Source: Erysipelotrichaceae bacterium (GTDB lineage: Bacteria; Bacillota_I; Bacilli_A; Erysipelotrichales; Coprobacillaceae). Taken from it: a stretch of DNA of 32,000 nt. Under the pieces are notes generated by a model. It searched no databases. It was not told the DNA's origin and saw only the letters and a program-made list of their open reading frames with translations. The number at the start of each line of letters is the position of its first letter. The stretch's first letter is position 1. The stretch spans positions 90,001 to 122,000 of the forward strand of contig JAQVDW010000002.1 in the NCBI GenBank assembly GCA_028698185.1, read 5' to 3'. Of this stretch, positions 28,005 to 32,000 are shown piece after piece. A program made the translations under genes and the position numbers.

Positions 28005-29962
28005 TATTTCATATCATCTAATAAATCATCTTGTTCTTCGAAAGATGGTGTTTTATTTTCTTGCGATTTTTCTTCTTCCTCTTTGACAGGTTCAATAGCG
28101 GCAGTGTGACTTTCCGGCATCTTACCTTCCTGGAATAATGAAAGTATCTGTTCCGCATTCAATGTCTCGTGTTCCAACAAAGCTTCAGCGATGACAACAA
28201 GTTTTTCCCTATTGTCAGTAATGATCTTGGTAGCCTGTTGATAGCACTCTTCAATGATTTGCCGAACTTGGACATCGATTTCATAGGCGATTTGGCCCGA
28301 ATGCGTATTCGATGTGTTGTTGTAGTCACGCCCCAGGAAAACCGCATTGTCGCCTGAAGCATATTTGATCGGCCCTAAATCGGACATCCCAAGCTCCGTA
28401 ACCATCAACCTGGCGATTCGGGTAGCCTGCTCGATATCGTTGTGGGCTCCGGTTGAAATATCACCGAAGAATATTTCTTCAGCGACCCGTCCACCCATGA
28501 AACCGGCGATATTGGCCTCCAGTTGGGATTTGGTTTGGAAGTAAGTCTCCTCTTTTGGAGTCATCAGGTTATAACCGCCCGCCTGTCCACGAGGGATGAT
28601 TGTGACCTTCTGCACTTTATTGGCATCTTCCAAAGTCAAACCGAGGATGGCATGACCAGCTTCATGATATGCCACCAGACGCCGTTCTCTTTCCGAGTAC
28701 TTCCGCGATTTTTTAGCCGGACCACCCATTACGCGGTCAACCGCTTCGTCGATGTCTGCCATTGTTATCAACGGATGGCCGCTGCGGACCGCCAGAAGCG
28801 CCGCCTCGTTCAACACATTTGACAATTCCGCACCAGAGAACCCAGGGGTTCTTTGTGCAATACTTTCGAAATTCACATCAGGAGCGAATTTCTTGTTTCT
28901 AGCATGCACCGCAAGAATCTCAGCGCGGGCAGCCTTATCAGGATTCGCAACCTGGATCTGACGGTCAAAACGACCTGGCCGCAACAGGGCCGGATCAAGA
29001 ACATCAGCACGGTTGGTAGCCGCAAGAACGATGACACCTTCCGAACCAGAGAATCCATCCATCTCAACCAATAACTGGTTCAATGTCTGTTCCCTTTCGT
29101 CATGGCCTCCGCCCATACCGGTACCTCTTTGACGCCCTACGGCATCGATTTCATCGATAAAGATGATGCAAGGCGCCGATTTCTTGGCATTGTTGAACAT
29201 ATCTCTTACACGGCCTGCTCCGACACCGACGAACATTTCCACAAACTCAGATCCTGAGATCGAGTAGAAAGGAACGTTGGCTTCGCCCGCAACCGCACGG
29301 GCCAGCAATGTCTTACCTGTACCCGGTGGCCCCACCAGCAGGACACCGCGGGGAATCTTGGCACCCATGTCGACGAATTTTTTCGGATTCTTGAGGAAGT
29401 CGACGATTTCCTTGACTTCTTCTTTTTCTTCATCCATGCCAGCCACATCTTCGAAATGGGTATTGGCATTTTTTTCCAGCTTCGCTCGGGAATTTCCGAA
29501 TTCGAAGGCCTTTGAGTTTCCGCCCTGGTTCGACATCATTCTGAATATCAGATAAACGCCACCGAACATCAGGACGTAAGGCACGATTGCGAGAATGATG
29601 TCCATGAACACGCCTTGTTGTGAGGCATCTACGACAACTGTGTTTACATCCTTGCTTTCCAACAGCGCTGTCAATGAATTCAGCTCAACCTCTGTCTTAG
29701 GAATAGTTGTCGAAAATTCAATTGTTTGGGTCTGGCCATTTACCACCTGAGTATAGCTTCCTGAAACATCTACAACCAAAGCCTGAGGTTCAATCTTGAC
29801 TTCAGTAAGACTTTCATCTCGGACAACATCAAAGAATTCGCTGTATGAAATCTGCTTTGATGCATCCTGAGAGATAAATGGTAAGGCAATAGCTACAATC
29901 AATAGCACCACAAGAGCCGGGAGCATTGAACGTATTAACGTATTTCGATTACCGTTTTTCAT
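28004..29962 (-). CDS. ftsH: ATP-dependent zinc metalloprotease FtsH
   Basis: 652 aa with an N-terminal TM pair, AAA+ Walker [12 protein letters not shown], Walker [12 protein letters not shown], and the zinc motif HEAGHAI. Confidence 0.98.
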   Translation of the reverse strand: MKNGNRNTLIRSMLPALVVLLIVAIALPFISQDASKQISYSEFFDVVRDESLTEVKIEPQALVVDVSGSYTQVVNGQTQTIEFSTTIPKTEVELNSLTALLESKDVNTVVVDASQQGVFMDIILAIVPYVLMFGGVYLIFRMMSNQGGNSKAFEFGNSRAKLEKNANTHFEDVAGMDEEKEEVKEIVDFLKNPKKFVDMGAKIPRGVLLVGPPGTGKTLLARAVAGEANVPFYSISGSEFVEMFVGVGAGRVRDMFNNAKKSAPCIIFIDEIDAVGRQRGTGMGGGHDEREQTLNQLLVEMDGFSGSEGVIVLAATNRADVLDPALLRPGRFDRQIQVANPDKAARAEILAVHARNKKFAPDVNFESIAQRTPGFSGAELSNVLNEAALLAVRSGHPLITMADIDEAVDRVMGGPAKKSRKYSERERRLVAYHEAGHAILGLTLEDANKVQKVTIIPRGQAGGYNLMTPKEETYFQTKSQLEANIAGFMGGRVAEEIFFGDISTGAHNDIEQATRIARLMVTELGMSDLGPIKYASGDNAVFLGRDYNNTSNTHSGQIAYEIDVQVRQIIEECYQQATKIITDNREKLVVIAEALLEHETLNAEQILSLFQEGKMPESHTAAIEPVKEEEEKSQENKTPSFEEQDDLLDDMK

Positions 29963-29972
29963 ATTTTCTCCT

Positions 29973-30503
29973 TTATTTATAGCAACTTTCTTTTAAAATG
30001 CCTACATAAGGCAATTGGCGGAATCTTTCGTTGAAATCCAGACCAAAACCTACTACAAAGGCATTAGGAATTTCAAAACCGACATAATCGGCTTTTATAT
30101 CAAATGTCCGACCTTCTGGTTTGTCGAGCATTGTTGCCACCTTGACACTTCTCACATCGCGGTCATAAAGCATTTCGACTACATTGGCCAAAGTCTTGCC
30201 GGTGTCGATTATGTCTTCGACGATGATGATGTTTTTTCCTGCAATCGGTCCTTCGACATCCTGTTTTACTACCAGTGTCTTTGACTCGACTCCATCATAC
30301 GAGCTGACGTTCATGTACTCGAACGAAACTTCCGCTTCGATATATTTTGAAAGTTCGCTTAAAAAGGGAACGGACCCCTTCAACAGGCCAAGCAAAATTA
30401 CTTTTTTCCCTTTATAGTCTTCGTTTATTTGAGCGGCCATCTCCTTGCATCTTTGCGTAATTTGATCGCCTGAAATCAAAATTTCCTTTATTGAATCATT
30501 CAT
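29973..30503 (-). CDS. hpt: Hypoxanthine phosphoribosyltransferase
   Basis: 176 aa from ATG 30503, with AAGGAG 7 nt upstream. The ATG at 30539 in the ORF track would overlap tilS. PRPP-binding motif IIIVEDIIDTGKTL. Conserved position between tilS and ftsH. Confidence 0.93.
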   Translation of the reverse strand: MNDSIKEILISGDQITQRCKEMAAQINEDYKGKKVILLGLLKGSVPFLSELSKYIEAEVSFEYMNVSSYDGVESKTLVVKQDVEGPIAGKNIIIVEDIIDTGKTLANVVEMLYDRDVRSVKVATMLDKPEGRTFDIKADYVGFEIPNAFVVGFGLDFNERFRQLPYVGILKESCYK

Positions 30504-30522
30504 TATTTCACTCCTTTTATTT

Positions 30523-31755
30523 TCATAATAATAGCACAAATAAATTTGCTTTTGTAGTCAAATACTTGATATTTTTGGCTATTCCGGGGATTAAAACTAT
30601 TTCTTGAGAAGCATTTACCACCACCGGATAGATTTTCCTTTTGGTCGCGGGAACTTTGTTGTCGATAAAAAGCCGACTGACTTTTTTTGTTCCACCGCTC
30701 GTGACGATCCGGTCGCCCGGCTGGTAATTTCTTATGGTCAATGGATAATCATCCTCGCCAAGAGAGACCCCGTTGTTGAGCGGTCCCTGGTTTGCCACCA
30801 AGAAGAAGTCCGTAGCCAAAGGCTTTGGGGCATTCAAGACAAAATGGTAGCCTTCGGGTTTTTCGCCGATAGCGACATATACATTATGATATTCTTTTAT
30901 GAATTTATAATTAACTGGCAGGTTTATTGTGATGTTTGGCTTATCGCTTTGGATCTGTTTATAGATTTCATCAACCAGATTGCTGGTAATCAGTTCCCGT
31001 TCCAGATGTAATGCCATGATCTCATAGAGCAATTCGAGATAATTACCCTGATTGATATCGGCAACACCGATATGGCCGTTTTTGCGGTACCTGGTCAGAA
31101 TCGGGGTGATCTGATTGATAATGTTCATTTTCTGCCGGTTGTAATAAGACCGATAAAGCAACAGTTCGTCTTTCTGGCGGTCATCAAATCCGCTGATTAT
31201 CTCATTGCGGACAAAATCCCGGGTAAACTCTGTCTGGAAATTCGTATAGTCATCACGGTAATAGACATCATTTCCATGGCAATATTCCCGCAGTTTGTTT
31301 TTAGGTGTCTCAAGCAACGGGCGGAGGATCTCCATACCCTGGACATAACTGTGCTCACTGAGGCCCAGAAAACCCATGAATCCCCGTTGTTTTTGCATGT
31401 AGATTGTTTCGATCTGATCATCACGATGATGACCGAGAATGATTGTATCAATCCGGTACTGTTGTCCGATCTGATGATAGAACGCGTATCTCAATTTGCG
31501 GGCCTGGGCCTGAAAATTCCCTTTTTGGTAGTCGTTGGCGTCAACCCGCAAGATTTCGCATGGAATATTTCTTTGCCGGCAATAGCTCGTTACCGTAAGT
31601 TCGTCAAGAATCGAATCAAAACGCAAAAAGTAGTTAACATGGACTGCAACTACTTGAACACGAGCATTATATAACAGATCCAGCAATGCCATGGAATCAC
31701 AACCGCCAGATACGCCAACAAGATATTTTCGATTTTTTACGACACTCTCGATCAT
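30523..31755 (-). CDS. tilS: tRNA(Ile)-lysidine synthetase
   Basis: 410 aa with the PP-loop VGVSGGCDSMAL and tilS-hpt-ftsH synteny as in Bacillus-type genomes. Confidence 0.9.
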   Translation of the reverse strand: MIESVVKNRKYLVGVSGGCDSMALLDLLYNARVQVVAVHVNYFLRFDSILDELTVTSYCRQRNIPCEILRVDANDYQKGNFQAQARKLRYAFYHQIGQQYRIDTIILGHHRDDQIETIYMQKQRGFMGFLGLSEHSYVQGMEILRPLLETPKNKLREYCHGNDVYYRDDYTNFQTEFTRDFVRNEIISGFDDRQKDELLLYRSYYNRQKMNIINQITPILTRYRKNGHIGVADINQGNYLELLYEIMALHLERELITSNLVDEIYKQIQSDKPNITINLPVNYKFIKEYHNVYVAIGEKPEGYHFVLNAPKPLATDFFLVANQGPLNNGVSLGEDDYPLTIRNYQPGDRIVTSGGTKKVSRLFIDNKVPATKRKIYPVVVNASQEIVLIPGIAKNIKYLTTKANLFVLLL

Positions 31756-31756
31756 A

Positions 31757-32000
31757 TCATAACCTTCCTATATAACAAGCCACCTTGCGAAAATGCGACC
31801 GGTAATATTCTTCAAAACCCAGCTTCTCCAACAACTTCCGTGAAGGGACATTGGCCAATTTCACCATGCAGTAGATCACTTTGACCTGGAACTTTTCCTT
31901 GAGGTAAAGTAAAAAAGCCTGCAGACACTCGTACATGTAGCCATTTCGCCAATAGTCACTGTCCAATGTATAACCAAGGGATATCTCGTCGTTGACAGCG
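31757..32000 (-). CDS. GNAT family N-acetyltransferase, C-terminal part (5' end beyond the window)
   Basis: The frame stays open upstream of the TTG at 31964 listed in the ORF track (...AVNDEISLGYTLDSDYWRNGYMYECLQAFLLYL...NVPSRKLLEKLGF). The YWxxGY...A and S-x-x-LLEKLGF patterns are typical of RimJ/RimL-like GNATs. Its stop is 1 nt from the tilS start. Confidence 0.7.
   Translation of the reverse strand, partial: AVNDEISLGYTLDSDYWRNGYMYECLQAFLLYLKEKFQVKVIYCMVKLANVPSRKLLEKLGFEEYYRSHFRKVACYIGRL

Overview
Chromosomal, mostly housekeeping window from a Firmicutes-type bacterium. Supporting signs are AGGAGG-type RBSs, T-box and TPP riboswitch leaders, and tilS-hpt-ftsH / hslO-dusB synteny. I count 30 CDS plus one unlisted mini-ORF; only lysS, a large fused ABC transporter and a Gfo/Idh/MocA oxidoreductase are on the + strand. 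Left to right: a partial CDS; an ArsR / thioredoxin-like pair; glycerate kinase; a Zn-type cluster-9 ABC importer (SBP, ATPase, permease) preceded by an unrecognisable 468-aa protein; a MATE exporter; a Cof-type HAD hydrolase; enolase; a TPP-riboswitch-controlled thiamine salvage operon (ThiM-ThiE fusion plus ThiD); a CzrA/SmtB-like repressor with a CPC-type P1B ATPase; T-box(Lys)-controlled lysS; a 1022-aa ABC ATPase-FtsX/MacB fusion; the oxidoreductase; a flavin-reductase / alpha-beta hydrolase / Dabb-like cassette downstream of a soluble hybrid histidine kinase whose H-box histidine is Tyr; YggS; an FNT channel; dusB, hslO, ftsH, hpt, tilS; and a partial GNAT gene. I saw no rRNA, tRNA, CRISPR array, IS or phage genes, or long repeats. 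The least explained elements are the 468-aa orphan heading the zinc-uptake operon, the His-less hybrid kinase with its three-gene cassette, and the roughly 600-aa extracytoplasmic domain of the fused ABC transporter. All family calls come from motif recognition by eye, since no database search was possible.
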